A stretch of 56,504 nt of DNA from Bdellovibrio sp. (GCA_024711265.1 JANJTG010000303.1:1-56504), one strand, 5' to 3'; numbered from the stretch's first letter, positions 10,355 to 20,408 are shown. A program made the numbers and translations. The notes: generated from the letters alone by a model not told the origin.

Positions 10355-10499
10355 GTGACCTCCATGTCGTTGGCGTCTTCAATCGGAATCCGCCGTTTGG
10401 AGGGCCTCCTCTGCGAGGACCAGCCCTAATATTTATTTTTTAATCCAGTCGCTGCCAGTTCAGTGTCTGCGCCACCGGCGCTCCCACATCTTTGGCTGC
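10355..10499 (-). ncRNA. Candidate structured cis-regulatory leader of flgE
   Basis: Three foldable hairpins in the 155-nt spacer (10451-10499, 10402-10426, 10372-10394) directly before the SD; function inferred. Confidence 0.45.
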
Positions 10500-10509
10500 C
10501 GCCATTGCG

Positions 10510-10941
10510 TTACAGAACCACTGTAGAGTCGATGTTGGTGAACACGTTTTCTTTAAGCGCGTTCTTATCCATCACCGTCACAACCGTGTTGTTCTTCACG
10601 CTGACGATCAGTGCGGAGTCATTCATTAACACTAATGAATCCTTCGAACCTTTCGCCGCCGCTCTCGAAATAGCGTCTGAGAGTTTTGAGATGTCCTCCG
10701 GGCTGTAACTGATGCCCCGAGTTCTCATACGCTCAATCGCGTGATTCGAAAACTTCACCCCTTCAGCAGCCTTGGCAAGGCCTTGCGGAGCGATCTGTCC
10801 AACGTTCTGAGGCTTCATGCCTCCGAGGTTATTCAGAGTCTCCTTGAAGGAGGGTCCCGTGCCCAGATCCGGTTGTTTCACCTTCCCTGGCTGCTGCGGA
10901 ACGAGTTGATCTAGAGTCTGTATCTTTTTTAAATCCACCAT
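10510..10941 (-). CDS. Flagellar operon protein (TIGR02530-type)
   Basis: FSNHAIERMRTRGI...AAAKGSKDSLVLM...IVSVKNNTVVTVMD...ENVFTNIDS; lies between flgD and flgE. Confidence 0.88.
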   Translation of the reverse strand: MVDLKKIQTLDQLVPQQPGKVKQPDLGTGPSFKETLNNLGGMKPQNVGQIAPQGLAKAAEGVKFSNHAIERMRTRGISYSPEDISKLSDAISRAAAKGSKDSLVLMNDSALIVSVKNNTVVTVMDKNALKENVFTNIDSTVVL

Positions 10942-11945
10942 TATTTCGCCGTCTCCTTAGCGATTCTTTCCATCATGTCCCGGGATAATCCCACCGTGTT
11001 CATGATATTAGATTTTGCTCCAGGAGCGGGAGTTGGTGAAGTCTTTTGTGACTCTACATTTCCCTCTTTTCCAGTTTGTCCTGTGGCATCATCCTTTTTC
11101 AAGTCTAGGTTTGTGACATCATTTACTTTCTGGTCGTTACTCATAAGACGAGGGTCTGTAATCTTCTTCACGTCAGAGAATCGAATCGCCTGAGTTCCTA
11201 CGTGCAGAACAGGTCCCTCACCTGAATAACTTACTCCCGTGATCACACCGTCGAAGTCCGTTTTAATACCAATCTTCTTACCGTCAGAACCTTTTGCTTC
11301 TGCGATAAACTGATATTCTCCCGGAGCTGCTTTCATCGCCTTTTCATCCTCACCATTCCAAGTAAGTTTGTTTTCACCTTGCTTGAGACCTTTGAGATTG
11401 TAAGTACGAACAATATTTCCTTCCACATCACGAACCTTCACTGTCACTTCACTTGCCGCCATTGGCAAAGTGAATTTGAAGTCATGATCTTTATCATTCA
11501 CGCCACGAATCACCTTCGAAGAATCCCCTGCGACCGCTTTGCCGATCAAGTTCAGTGCTTGAAAATTTTCCGAAGGCTTTTGACCGTTCTTCAATTCCTC
11601 AAGTGTTCTGTTCATGTTCTGCATCTGCTCGAGTGATGAAAAGTTCGCAAGTTGTGCGGCCATCTCATGACTCTTCATGGGGTTCGTCGGATCTTGATTC
11701 TTCATTTGTGTGAGCATCAATTTAAAAAATGCATCTTTATCCAAATTTGGATTCCCGGTAGCGCGCACTTTTTTAGAAGGATCTGTCCAATTCGCATCGA
11801 CAATTTTATTAAGAACTTCACCGACGTTTTCACCGCCGATTTTATCCTTATCCAGAGCACTGACATTGGATGGGCCTGCATTCTCCGCTTTCGTTTGCGT
11901 CGCACCGAATGCATTGACTCCTAGTTTCGTACTCATCATTGTCAT
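10941..11945 (-). CDS. flgD: Flagellar hook capping/assembly protein
   Basis: FFKLMLTQMKNQDPTNPM...AQLANFSSLEQM; Ig-like WNGED. Confidence 0.94.
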   Translation of the reverse strand: MTMMSTKLGVNAFGATQTKAENAGPSNVSALDKDKIGGENVGEVLNKIVDANWTDPSKKVRATGNPNLDKDAFFKLMLTQMKNQDPTNPMKSHEMAAQLANFSSLEQMQNMNRTLEELKNGQKPSENFQALNLIGKAVAGDSSKVIRGVNDKDHDFKFTLPMAASEVTVKVRDVEGNIVRTYNLKGLKQGENKLTWNGEDEKAMKAAPGEYQFIAEAKGSDGKKIGIKTDFDGVITGVSYSGEGPVLHVGTQAIRFSDVKKITDPRLMSNDQKVNDVTNLDLKKDDATGQTGKEGNVESQKTSPTPAPGAKSNIMNTVGLSRDMMERIAKETAK

Positions 11946-11965
11946 ATCGACTCCTTTTTAGCGTC

Positions 11966-13807
11966 TTACGCCACCAAATTTAATCCGCTGCCTTTACCAT
12001 CCACACTGCGGGTGCGAGTTTTACTCGCCGTCTCAATGGGCTGCAAAGGGTCTCGGCGATGGGCTCCATAACCTTTAAGATTCGGCATCTCCGTGAAAGA
12101 CTCTCGACGCCCTTGAGAACCGAAGTTTTCATTAAACTGGTTCCAGAATTGACGAGCTTGGTCCCTCTGGTTCTGACCGTTCATGTTGGTCTGGTTTTGT
12201 GTCGCCGTATCCGTAGACGTTGAATTTACAACATCCACTTTTACATTTTCCATCGAGAGCTTGTGAGCAGCAAGACTGGTTTTCAGTTCAGCTAGACTAG
12301 ACTCAATCGTCTTCTTCGCTTCCTGAGTATCCGCCGACATCTGCAAGTTCACTTTGCCATCTTGAAGCATCACTTTGAGGTGAATGGTTCCCATGCCCTC
12401 GGGGGTCATTTGAACTTTCATCTCTCCGCCGCCCTTTTTGATCAAGTATTGGGCTTGATTCATAAGCTGCTTCACTGCCGCGTCGTTCTCTCCCGGATTT
12501 GCAGGCGCAGTCGGGACTGGGGCCGCCATCGGCAGAGCCGCATCCGCTTTCAAGGCTTCGCCTTTAATGGGCGCGCCATGGACGCCTTCAAGACCTGTGA
12601 GACTGCTCTTGAAGTCCGTTGCTTTTTCCGTGAGCTTTCCCAAAATCTCTTTTTCAGATGTCAGACCTTTTTGCGCGAACTGCTGTGAGTTCTGCTGCAT
12701 CAAAGACTGCCCTTGAGATTGATTCTGGAAAAAAGCCTCGGGGTTGACTTTGTTTTGTGCCTGAAGATTTGAACCCGGCAAGGCCGTCACTGGCTTTTCC
12801 AATTTCGGTGCCTGGATCGCTTGCTGAAACTCCTCCATCAATGCGGGGACCTCTTCTTGAGTGCCCTCTTTACCACCGGCGGCTTGTTTCGCGGCCAACG
12901 CTGCTAAAAGAGCTGGAGACAAGGTCTCTGCCATCTGCCCCTTTAAATGGGGCGGAAGCTCTTCCAGTTTGGCGCTTGGGGTCTGAGGTTGTGGAATCAT
13001 CTCGGAAGACATTTCCATCTCAGGAGCATCCATAGGAATTTCTTCTTGAGGCAACGCCTCTGCAAACGAACCTTCATCCATCATCATTCTTTGCGCCAAA
13101 GAATCTTGCAAAGAAGGCATAGAAGTCGGGACCGCTTTGGGCTCTTGATTCATCCAGAACTTTTGCGTCACGCGATCTGCCGACGCACTCAGGGTATTTT
13201 GTTTTCCTTGAGCTGCGGCAATTCGCGCCTGCATATTCTGTTGGCTCATTCCAGCGCCACCAAATGTCATTTCTGACACAGGCTTCGCTTGTGGCTGTTG
13301 CTGAGGCATCTGATTGAGTTGCATGAGCAACGCCGCATACATCGCGCGAGCTTTGTCTGCGTCTGCATCATCCAATCCCAATTGATCAATCACAGCATCC
13401 GCTGTCACTTCGGGGGATTGTGCGAGTTGGTTTTCATCCAGCTGGGCCATCGCCTCCACAAGTCGTGTGGGGGATATTTCGAATTCACTCTCGAATGAGT
13501 CCATGAACTCCTGTATTGCCTGCTGTCGAACCGTCGCCTTCTTGGTTATCTTCCCTTCTGGTTTGACGACCACTGTTTCCGTCTTCCTTACCTCGGAGCT
13601 GTCGGGCTTTTCTTCCTTCGCCCTCATCTCTTTCGGCATCGACTCTTTCATTTCTTTCGGGCTTTTCGAAACTCTATCTTCGAGAGCCTTTCCGAACGAA
13701 GAATCGGAGTCGGAACCTTTGAAACCCTTCTCTGCCGTTCTATCCGGCGAGGATTTCAAATCGGTCGCTCCCACCATCGGGGGGCCGACTGCGATATTTT
13801 GTAACAA
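11966..13807 (-). CDS. fliK: Flagellar hook-length control protein
   Basis: Long Q/P/A/E-rich region and C-terminal T3S4-like domain (MTPEGMGTIHLKV...LKTSLAAHKL); TTG start with AAGGAGG SD; upstream of flgD. Confidence 0.88.
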   Translation of the reverse strand: MLQNIAVGPPMVGATDLKSSPDRTAEKGFKGSDSDSSFGKALEDRVSKSPKEMKESMPKEMRAKEEKPDSSEVRKTETVVVKPEGKITKKATVRQQAIQEFMDSFESEFEISPTRLVEAMAQLDENQLAQSPEVTADAVIDQLGLDDADADKARAMYAALLMQLNQMPQQQPQAKPVSEMTFGGAGMSQQNMQARIAAAQGKQNTLSASADRVTQKFWMNQEPKAVPTSMPSLQDSLAQRMMMDEGSFAEALPQEEIPMDAPEMEMSSEMIPQPQTPSAKLEELPPHLKGQMAETLSPALLAALAAKQAAGGKEGTQEEVPALMEEFQQAIQAPKLEKPVTALPGSNLQAQNKVNPEAFFQNQSQGQSLMQQNSQQFAQKGLTSEKEILGKLTEKATDFKSSLTGLEGVHGAPIKGEALKADAALPMAAPVPTAPANPGENDAAVKQLMNQAQYLIKKGGGEMKVQMTPEGMGTIHLKVMLQDGKVNLQMSADTQEAKKTIESSLAELKTSLAAHKLSMENVKVDVVNSTSTDTATQNQTNMNGQNQRDQARQFWNQFNENFGSQGRRESFTEMPNLKGYGAHRRDPLQPIETASKTRTRSVDGKGSGLNLVA

Positions 13808-13850
13808 ACCTTCCTCCTTGAAACTATCCGCGCCTTCCTGGCGCAGTCAG

Positions 13851-14666
13851 TTAGTGTGACGCTGGAGAGCGTCGTTTATAACCTGCAAACATCTCCGATA
13901 AGATTTGAGCCTTTTCGGGTTTTAATAAATTCATGATATCAGCAGCATTCTTCTTTTTCATACGCCCAAGTATTTCAACTGCCAAATCCTCGTCCATTGT
14001 CTCAAAGACTTTAGCCGCTTGTGGGGGCTTCATATTGGAGTACATCTGTACCAAGGTATCGACTTTCTGGTCGTCAGCCTTGACCCGATCTTCCAACATG
14101 TTGGAAATCTTCCCGCGCATCTCTTCCAGTTCTTTCAGGCGCTTTTCAAGTTCCACTCTTTGAACTTGAAGTTCGCTTTCCATACGATTGAGTTCTTCTT
14201 CGCGCGCATCGAGTTCCTTTTTTCGATCATTCAACTTTTGCAGATGATCAATTTCAGCGGTGCTCATTGAACCACTCGCGGGCTCTGTGGAGGCTGCGTC
14301 GGTTTTCTCTTTTGCTTCGGGAGCAGCAGGAGCTGGTGCCGAGGGCCCTTGCGCCACAGCTTCTCCTGTCATCTGAATTTCCACTCGTTTGATCAGATTT
14401 TCTACTTGCTCATGGTTCTGAAAACCCCAAATCGCAACCATAAAACCAAAAAAGGAAACGCCCACCATTTTCCAGGGAACAGAAGATCTTTTTTTCTTTT
14501 TGGGGGCACCCATCTTCATGCGACGACGGATTTGTTGTTCAACATCTTCAGACGCTAAATCCAGATGCAGGCGTGCGGAAGAAGGCTTCTTCTGAAACTT
14601 AACGCCACTTTGCTGATCTGCGACCTTGCGTGCATTTTTGAAGAATTGATCGTATCCGCTTTTCAT
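13851..14666 (-). CDS. MotE/YlxF/FlbB-like flagellar protein (TM, coiled coil, MgtE_N-like)
   Basis: YSNMKPPQAAKVFETMDEDLAVEILGRMKKKNAADIMNLLKPEKA; position between fliJ and fliK. Confidence 0.82.
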   Translation of the reverse strand: MKSGYDQFFKNARKVADQQSGVKFQKKPSSARLHLDLASEDVEQQIRRRMKMGAPKKKKRSSVPWKMVGVSFFGFMVAIWGFQNHEQVENLIKRVEIQMTGEAVAQGPSAPAPAAPEAKEKTDAASTEPASGSMSTAEIDHLQKLNDRKKELDAREEELNRMESELQVQRVELEKRLKELEEMRGKISNMLEDRVKADDQKVDTLVQMYSNMKPPQAAKVFETMDEDLAVEILGRMKKKNAADIMNLLKPEKAQILSEMFAGYKRRSPASH

Positions 14667-14668
14667 CC

Positions 14669-15118
14669 TTAAGATTCCTTCACTGCTTTAAAGCGCAGGA
14701 TGCTTTGTTCATCCATCTCTTTTTGGTCTTGAGCGAGTCTTTCGTGTCGATACTCTTCGAACTTGTTTTCTCGCATCTTCTCCATAATTTTATATTCCTG
14801 AGCGGCTTGTCGCAAAACCTCTCTCTTGGACTCGACCAATTTTTCTATTTCTTGAATTTTTTGCTTTTGCCTGTGGATCAGGATCTCCTGGCCTTTTAGA
14901 AACTCATGGATCTGGGTGAGGGCTGGACCTTGGGCCCCTCCCTGAGAGGACAAAGCCCCTGCCTGAGCATGAGCCCCGGTTTTCTGCTGTAACATTTGCT
15001 CAAGACGAGCATTTTCTTCGTTCAGCAGCATCATGGCCTCTTGAAAGTCTTTTTGAGCTAAGTTTTCTTTGATTTTGCGGTGTTCAAGCACTTTTTGCAG
15101 TGGAAATTTAAACTTCAT
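14669..15118 (-). CDS. fliJ: Flagellar export protein FliJ
   Basis: MKFKFPLQKVLEHRK...EQ/DQKEMDE pattern; coiled coil; follows fliI. Confidence 0.88.
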   Translation of the reverse strand: MKFKFPLQKVLEHRKIKENLAQKDFQEAMMLLNEENARLEQMLQQKTGAHAQAGALSSQGGAQGPALTQIHEFLKGQEILIHRQKQKIQEIEKLVESKREVLRQAAQEYKIMEKMRENKFEEYRHERLAQDQKEMDEQSILRFKAVKES

Positions 15119-15171
15119 GTAAGTTACTCCAGTTCCGAGCCTCCGGCCCTACCCACTGCGCGCCAAACGCT

Positions 15172-16500
15172 CTAAGCGTTGACAAGAATCTGCTGCATTT
15201 GCCGAATCGTTTGAGTGAAGTTTGTTGGGTCTTCAACTCTTTGCTTAAGAAAGTCATTCACTCCATCGATGACTTTCACGGCTTTATCAATTTTGGGATT
15301 CGATCCCGGCTTATAAGCCCCGATATTAATCAGATCCTCAGCATCTTTATAGACAGCCAGGGTTTCTCTTAACTTCTGCGCTAATTTCACATGCTCTGGT
15401 GAAGAGACCGCTCTCATCACCCGACTTGCACTTTGCATAATATCAATAGCCGGGAAATGGCCTTTTTGCGCCAAAGCACGACTTAAAACAATGTGCCCGT
15501 CGACGATAGAACGAACGGAATCCCCAATGGGATCATTCATATCGTCTCCCTCGACAAGCGTTGTATAGAATCCAGTGATACTGCCTTCGCCTTCAAAGGA
15601 CCCGGCTCTTTCTAACAACTTTGGCAAGGTCGCAAAGACGCTGGGCGTGTATCCTTTTTGAGATGGCGGCTCCCCGGTACTGAGACCGATCTCCCGTTGG
15701 GCCATCGCAAAACGAGTCACAGAGTCCATCATCAAAAGAACATTCTTACCTTGGGAACAAAAGTACTCTGCCAAAGCGGTGGCCACATAAGCTCCGCGCA
15801 TACGCAAGAGAGGACTTTGATCACTTGTCACACAAACCACCACCGAGCGGGCCATGCCCTCCGGTCCCAAATCATGCTCAATAAACTCTCGAACCTCACG
15901 ACCCCGTTCACCAATCATGGCGATAACGTTGACATCCGCATTGGTGTTACGAGCCATCATGCCCAAAAGAACTGACTTCCCGACGCCAGAACCCGCCATA
16001 ATAGCGACACGCTGACCTAGACCTGCGGTTAATGCCCCATTGATGGCGCGAATCCCTAAATCAATAGGTTCGCGAATGGGTCTTCTTTCCAAAGGATTTC
16101 GAACTTCACTGTAGAGAGGGACTTCTCGGAAATTTTCGACTTCACCCTTATCATCAAGAGGACGACCCAGGCCATCCACCACACGCCCTAAAAGCTCTTC
16201 ACCGGCACGAACCGTGGCAATTTGACGGGCCAAAACAATCTTAGAGCCCAATGCCACGCCTCTCATATCATTAAGGGCCATCATCAAAACATGTTTGTCT
16301 TTAAATCCAACGACCTCAGCTAAAAAGGACTTATCCATTCCGCTGGGAATGATCTGCACGATACTTCCGACACTGGCTCCGGGCAAATATCCTTTAATCA
16401 ACATTCCATTGACCTCAGTGACCTTGCCACTGTCCTTGGTCAAGTGGATGCTGCTGACTACTTCAGAATATTTCTCCAGATTCAGCTCTAGCTCATTCAT
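15172..16500 (-). CDS. fliI: Flagellar export ATPase
   Basis: AGSGVGKS, IGERGREVREF, MDSVTRFAMAQREIGL, DGHIVLSR. Confidence 0.96.
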   Translation of the reverse strand: MNELELNLEKYSEVVSSIHLTKDSGKVTEVNGMLIKGYLPGASVGSIVQIIPSGMDKSFLAEVVGFKDKHVLMMALNDMRGVALGSKIVLARQIATVRAGEELLGRVVDGLGRPLDDKGEVENFREVPLYSEVRNPLERRPIREPIDLGIRAINGALTAGLGQRVAIMAGSGVGKSVLLGMMARNTNADVNVIAMIGERGREVREFIEHDLGPEGMARSVVVCVTSDQSPLLRMRGAYVATALAEYFCSQGKNVLLMMDSVTRFAMAQREIGLSTGEPPSQKGYTPSVFATLPKLLERAGSFEGEGSITGFYTTLVEGDDMNDPIGDSVRSIVDGHIVLSRALAQKGHFPAIDIMQSASRVMRAVSSPEHVKLAQKLRETLAVYKDAEDLINIGAYKPGSNPKIDKAVKVIDGVNDFLKQRVEDPTNFTQTIRQMQQILVNA

Positions 16501-17303
16501 CAGCCGGCAATCCTGTCTTTTACTTTAGGCATGTTTTCTGAAAGCACCGTCCAAAGCTGTTCGATACGTTGTTCAAGACGGGAATCGACTTCACCATAGT
16601 TGGTTTCTACAATACAACCGCCATCGGCCACTTCGGGACTAGGCTCAAAACGAATTCGTTTGATGAACTCGAATTCACGACCCGTTTCTTTTTTAAGTTC
16701 TTCCAAGAATTCAAACTGGCCTTGAGAAACACGGACGGTGATATTTTCTTCGTCTTGAGAAAGGCTGACGGCATCACGAAGAATTTGCACCATGGCTTCA
16801 TTGTTGTTGTGAAGCTCTGTCTTTGCCAGACGCGTCGCCATCTGAAAGGTCAATTGAATAAGATGGGATTCGTTGAACGAAGCCATCTCTTTTTTCATCT
16901 CTTTGATGGCATTTAAAAGCATATCCATGGATTCCATACGCTCGGAAATCTCGGCAGAAACTTTCTCGAAAGCCTCTTTGCGACCCTCCTCGAGTCCAAG
17001 ACGATAGGCCTCTTGATAAGCGCCTTCCTGGATCTCTTTGAGCTTTTCCAAAGCTGCCGCTTCCACCTTTTCTTCTTCACTGACTTTTTCAACTTGATCG
17101 ATACCCGTTTGAACCCGAACCGCATCGTTCATGCGGAAATCAGAGCCCTTGCCTTTTTCGGCCAGGTAATTCAATGCCTGCTCGGGAGTGCCCAGGTCAA
17201 AACGAACCGGAACAAATTCCAGCACGGTTTTTTCTGCCAGCTCCTTGGGAAGGACCGATTTTGAAACGCGGTTTGTATTCGGCTTCAAATTAGACCATGG
17301 CAT
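16500..17303 (-). CDS. fliH: Flagellar assembly protein FliH
   Basis: AYQEAYRLGLEEGR GxxxG-type repeats, GGCIVETNYGEVDSRLE; ATG17303 with GAGGTG SD. Confidence 0.88.
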   Translation of the reverse strand: MPWSNLKPNTNRVSKSVLPKELAEKTVLEFVPVRFDLGTPEQALNYLAEKGKGSDFRMNDAVRVQTGIDQVEKVSEEEKVEAAALEKLKEIQEGAYQEAYRLGLEEGRKEAFEKVSAEISERMESMDMLLNAIKEMKKEMASFNESHLIQLTFQMATRLAKTELHNNNEAMVQILRDAVSLSQDEENITVRVSQGQFEFLEELKKETGREFEFIKRIRFEPSPEVADGGCIVETNYGEVDSRLEQRIEQLWTVLSENMPKVKDRIAG

Positions 17304-18324
17304 CTTCTGAACCACCTCTTGCGATCAAGATTTTTCCTTCAGCTTCAAGTCGTCGCGCAACGTTGACGATCTCTTGCTGCGCTTGTTCTACGTCAGACAA
17401 ACGAGACGGTCCCATGTTCGACAAATCTTCACGCAGCATATCGGCCGCACGTTGAGAAATATTCTTGAGGATCTTTCCACGAATATCTTCGCTGGCTGTT
17501 TTGAGGGCCAATAAAAGTTTTTCGTTCGGAACTTCCTTGAGAAGCGCTTGAATACCGCGGTCGTCGATTTTGACGATATCGTCGAAAACGAACATCAGCT
17601 TGCGAATTTCTTCCGCCAAGAGAGGGTCTTTCTCTTCCAAGCGAGACATAATCGCCGTTTCTGTATTCTTGTCCATAACGTTGAGCATTTCGGCCACGGG
17701 TTGAACACCCCCCAAAGCGGCCTGCTCCACTGTTGCGGTGTTCGAAAGTTGATTTTTCATAACGCGGTCAATTTCCGCAATCAATTCGGGGTCCACGTGT
17801 TCAAGGTTCGCCATACGAAGCACGACCTCGGCCTGCAAAGCTTCGGGAAGACGTTTCAAAACCTCTCCCTTTTTTTCAGGCTCTAAATGTGCCAAGATCA
17901 CGGCCACTGTTTGCGGATGTTCGTTCACCAAGAACGTCGCTAATGACTTTGCATCGACCATTTCTAAAGATTCCAAAGAGCGTGAACCACCCGAAGTGAT
18001 GTTCAAACCCCCAAGAATGCCACGCGCTCGCTCTTCCCCCAAAGCATCGACAATCGTGTCTTTGGCGGAAATACTTTCCGAGAAGATATAATCTTCTGTT
18101 TCCGAGATCATTTCATAGTATTCTTCCAAAACACGTTTCGTGACATGAACCGGAACAACACGCAATTTGCTCATCTGATTGATCAGTTTACGGATGTCGG
18201 CGTCGTCCATGTGGCGAAGAAGGACTTTCACCGCATCTCGTCCCAGATAGTTGATAAGGATTGCGGCCTTATCAAAACCCTTTAAATGTTCATACTCAAT
18301 ATTTTCGGCCTTATGAAGTTTCAT
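17290..18324 (-). CDS. fliG: Flagellar motor switch protein
   Basis: KAAIL, EHPQTVAVIL, GGVQPVAEMLN, MFVFDD. Confidence 0.96.
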   Translation of the reverse strand: MKLHKAENIEYEHLKGFDKAAILINYLGRDAVKVLLRHMDDADIRKLINQMSKLRVVPVHVTKRVLEEYYEMISETEDYIFSESISAKDTIVDALGEERARGILGGLNITSGGSRSLESLEMVDAKSLATFLVNEHPQTVAVILAHLEPEKKGEVLKRLPEALQAEVVLRMANLEHVDPELIAEIDRVMKNQLSNTATVEQAALGGVQPVAEMLNVMDKNTETAIMSRLEEKDPLLAEEIRKLMFVFDDIVKIDDRGIQALLKEVPNEKLLLALKTASEDIRGKILKNISQRAADMLREDLSNMGPSRLSDVEQAQQEIVNVARRLEAEGKILIARGGSEDAMV

Positions 18325-19973
18325 TAGCCATCCTTCCTAACAAGCCACATACCAAAGGCATTGGCTGCTTTCTCTTCATCTCGAGACATCGTCGCCATAA
18401 TACGATCTTTAAGAAGTTCGCTTTCGGCTTTTTCAGGATCGATAGATTCTTGCAACACAGGAAGAGCCGTCGACATTCCAGGCAATGTGCTATCGACAGA
18501 TTGCAGTTCTTCAAGTTCTTCGATAGTTCGAGGCAACATTTCCTCAACAGAGTCTTGGAAGCTGTCTGTAATCCACTGCATGAATGGACGAACCACGATA
18601 AAGAAGAACAATGCCAAGCTGAAACCCAACAGAGCCCACTTGAATAACGCATGAATCAACTTTTTACGCTCTAAAGTCGTCAGGATCTTTTCGGCTTCCG
18701 AGAAGTCTTCAGGCTGGAACTGGATATTTTCAATACGAACGCTATCGCCGCGAGCTGTATTGAAGCCAATCGCATTTTTCACCAGCTCTTCGTATTTCTT
18801 CAATTCTTCAGCTGAACGCGGTTGCCATTTGGTTTCCGTTGTTCCGTCTTCCTTGGTTACCGTCGTGCTAAACCCATCCACAACCACGGCAACACTGACG
18901 CGCTCCAAAGCGCCCGCCGCTTCGCGGATGTTTCGAACTGTCTTTGGAACTTCAAAATTTGTGGTCTTAATTTCCTTCTTAACATCCTGGCGGAAACCCA
19001 CAGTTCCTTGATCTTCCGCACCAGGCAGGTTGGAACGGCTGCCCGGAACACCCGAAGGATTGGTGCGCGAACCATCCAAAGATTCCTCTTCGGATTGCTG
19101 AGAACGAATCGCCGTTTTGTCAGGGTCCACAGACTCTTCCACAGAAGAAATCACGCGGTGATTTAAAGTGGCATCCACCTTTGCCACCACTTTGGCATGT
19201 CCCACAACCTTGGCCAAAATATCTTCAATACGATCTTTCAAATCATTTTCAATCTTTGCTTTAAGATCCAACAGCTCGTTAGAGCCGCCTGTCGTTCCAT
19301 CGGACTGGCGAGTCAAAACTTTTCCGCGCTCATCCAAAACCGTCACCTTATCAGCATCCAAACCTTCAACGGCATTAGCCACCAGGTAGCGAATACCACG
19401 AATCTGCTCTGGAGCTAGTTCTTTACCCTGGTGAAGTTCTACAACAACCGATGCGGAAGCTTGTCCCCCCTCTTCGAGGAAGGTCTTTTTATTCGGTAAT
19501 GCCAAAATCACCTTCGACTGCTTCACTGCGGTCAAGGTGTTAATCGCTCTCATCAACTCCCCTTGCAGGGCTCTTTGATAGTTGATTTTTTGCGCGTAAG
19601 AATTCATTCCGAAGTCTTGTTTATCGAAAATTTCCAAACCAATGGAACCCATTTTAGGCGAACCGATTTCGGACATCAAAGTCATTTGCGTTGAATGCAA
19701 AAGCTCTTTAGGGATTGCAATCGTCTGCCCGCCATCGCGCAACTGGAACGGGATGTTCTTTTCATTCAGTTTCGCCACCATCGTCGAAACTTGTTCCGTC
19801 GGAATGTTCGTAAAGAGCGGAACATAGTCCTTTCCGGATGCCATGAAAAGCATCGTCAAAATCGCGATGGCCGCGATAACGGTAACTGCAACGACCGAAA
19901 GTCTTTTGGTTGGTCCCAAGTTTTTAAAGAACTCACGAAATTGGACGACCAATCCACCGAAAATTTTATTCAA
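18324..19973 (-). CDS. fliF: Flagellar MS-ring protein
   Basis: Two TMs, YQRALQGELMRAI, ASASVV, GVPGSRSNLPG, RVSVAVVVDG; TTG start with GGAGG SD. Confidence 0.95.
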   Translation of the reverse strand: MNKIFGGLVVQFREFFKNLGPTKRLSVVAVTVIAAIAILTMLFMASGKDYVPLFTNIPTEQVSTMVAKLNEKNIPFQLRDGGQTIAIPKELLHSTQMTLMSEIGSPKMGSIGLEIFDKQDFGMNSYAQKINYQRALQGELMRAINTLTAVKQSKVILALPNKKTFLEEGGQASASVVVELHQGKELAPEQIRGIRYLVANAVEGLDADKVTVLDERGKVLTRQSDGTTGGSNELLDLKAKIENDLKDRIEDILAKVVGHAKVVAKVDATLNHRVISSVEESVDPDKTAIRSQQSEEESLDGSRTNPSGVPGSRSNLPGAEDQGTVGFRQDVKKEIKTTNFEVPKTVRNIREAAGALERVSVAVVVDGFSTTVTKEDGTTETKWQPRSAEELKKYEELVKNAIGFNTARGDSVRIENIQFQPEDFSEAEKILTTLERKKLIHALFKWALLGFSLALFFFIVVRPFMQWITDSFQDSVEEMLPRTIEELEELQSVDSTLPGMSTALPVLQESIDPEKAESELLKDRIMATMSRDEEKAANAFGMWLVRKDG

Positions 19974-19996
19974 GGCAACCCCTCCGACCTAAAAAA

Positions 19997-20332
19997 CTAC
20001 ACCTGCATCTTCATGACTTCTTGGTACGCATCAATAATCTTGTTGCGCACTTGCACCATCACCTTCAAGGCGATGTCTGCTTTTTCTGCCGCGATCATAA
20101 CATCTGCGACATTATCCGTTTTTCCGGTTGCGAGATTTTGCATGGCTTTATCTGAAGCCTTCTGCATTTCATTCACGCTCCCAACGGCCTCTTTTAGGGT
20201 GTCGGCGAAGCTCTTACCAGTACCTGCTGTGGAACTCGATGATGAAGGGCTCTCGATGCTTAACGACTTGGAGTCACGAGTGATTCCAGTGTCGAGAAAC
20301 CTATTTGCATTTGATACAGTAAAACCCTCCAT
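19997..20332 (-). CDS. fliE: Flagellar hook-basal body protein
   Basis: SFADTLKEAV...DVMIAAEKA...VRNKIIDAYQEVMKMQV. Confidence 0.95.
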   Translation of the reverse strand: MEGFTVSNANRFLDTGITRDSKSLSIESPSSSSSTAGTGKSFADTLKEAVGSVNEMQKASDKAMQNLATGKTDNVADVMIAAEKADIALKVMVQVRNKIIDAYQEVMKMQV

Positions 20333-20408
20333 GGCTTCACCTTCTCCTTATGAAAATTGTAATATAACTAAACTCAAAAAGTCCTTAAAAATTGCCCAGG
20401 TCCAGGAA

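Noticed and set aside
15135-15160. GCCTCCGGCC resembling part of a c-di-GMP-I riboswitch
   Set aside because: Wrong strand for the operon; lacks the GGCAAA/GAAA/GACGCAAA elements
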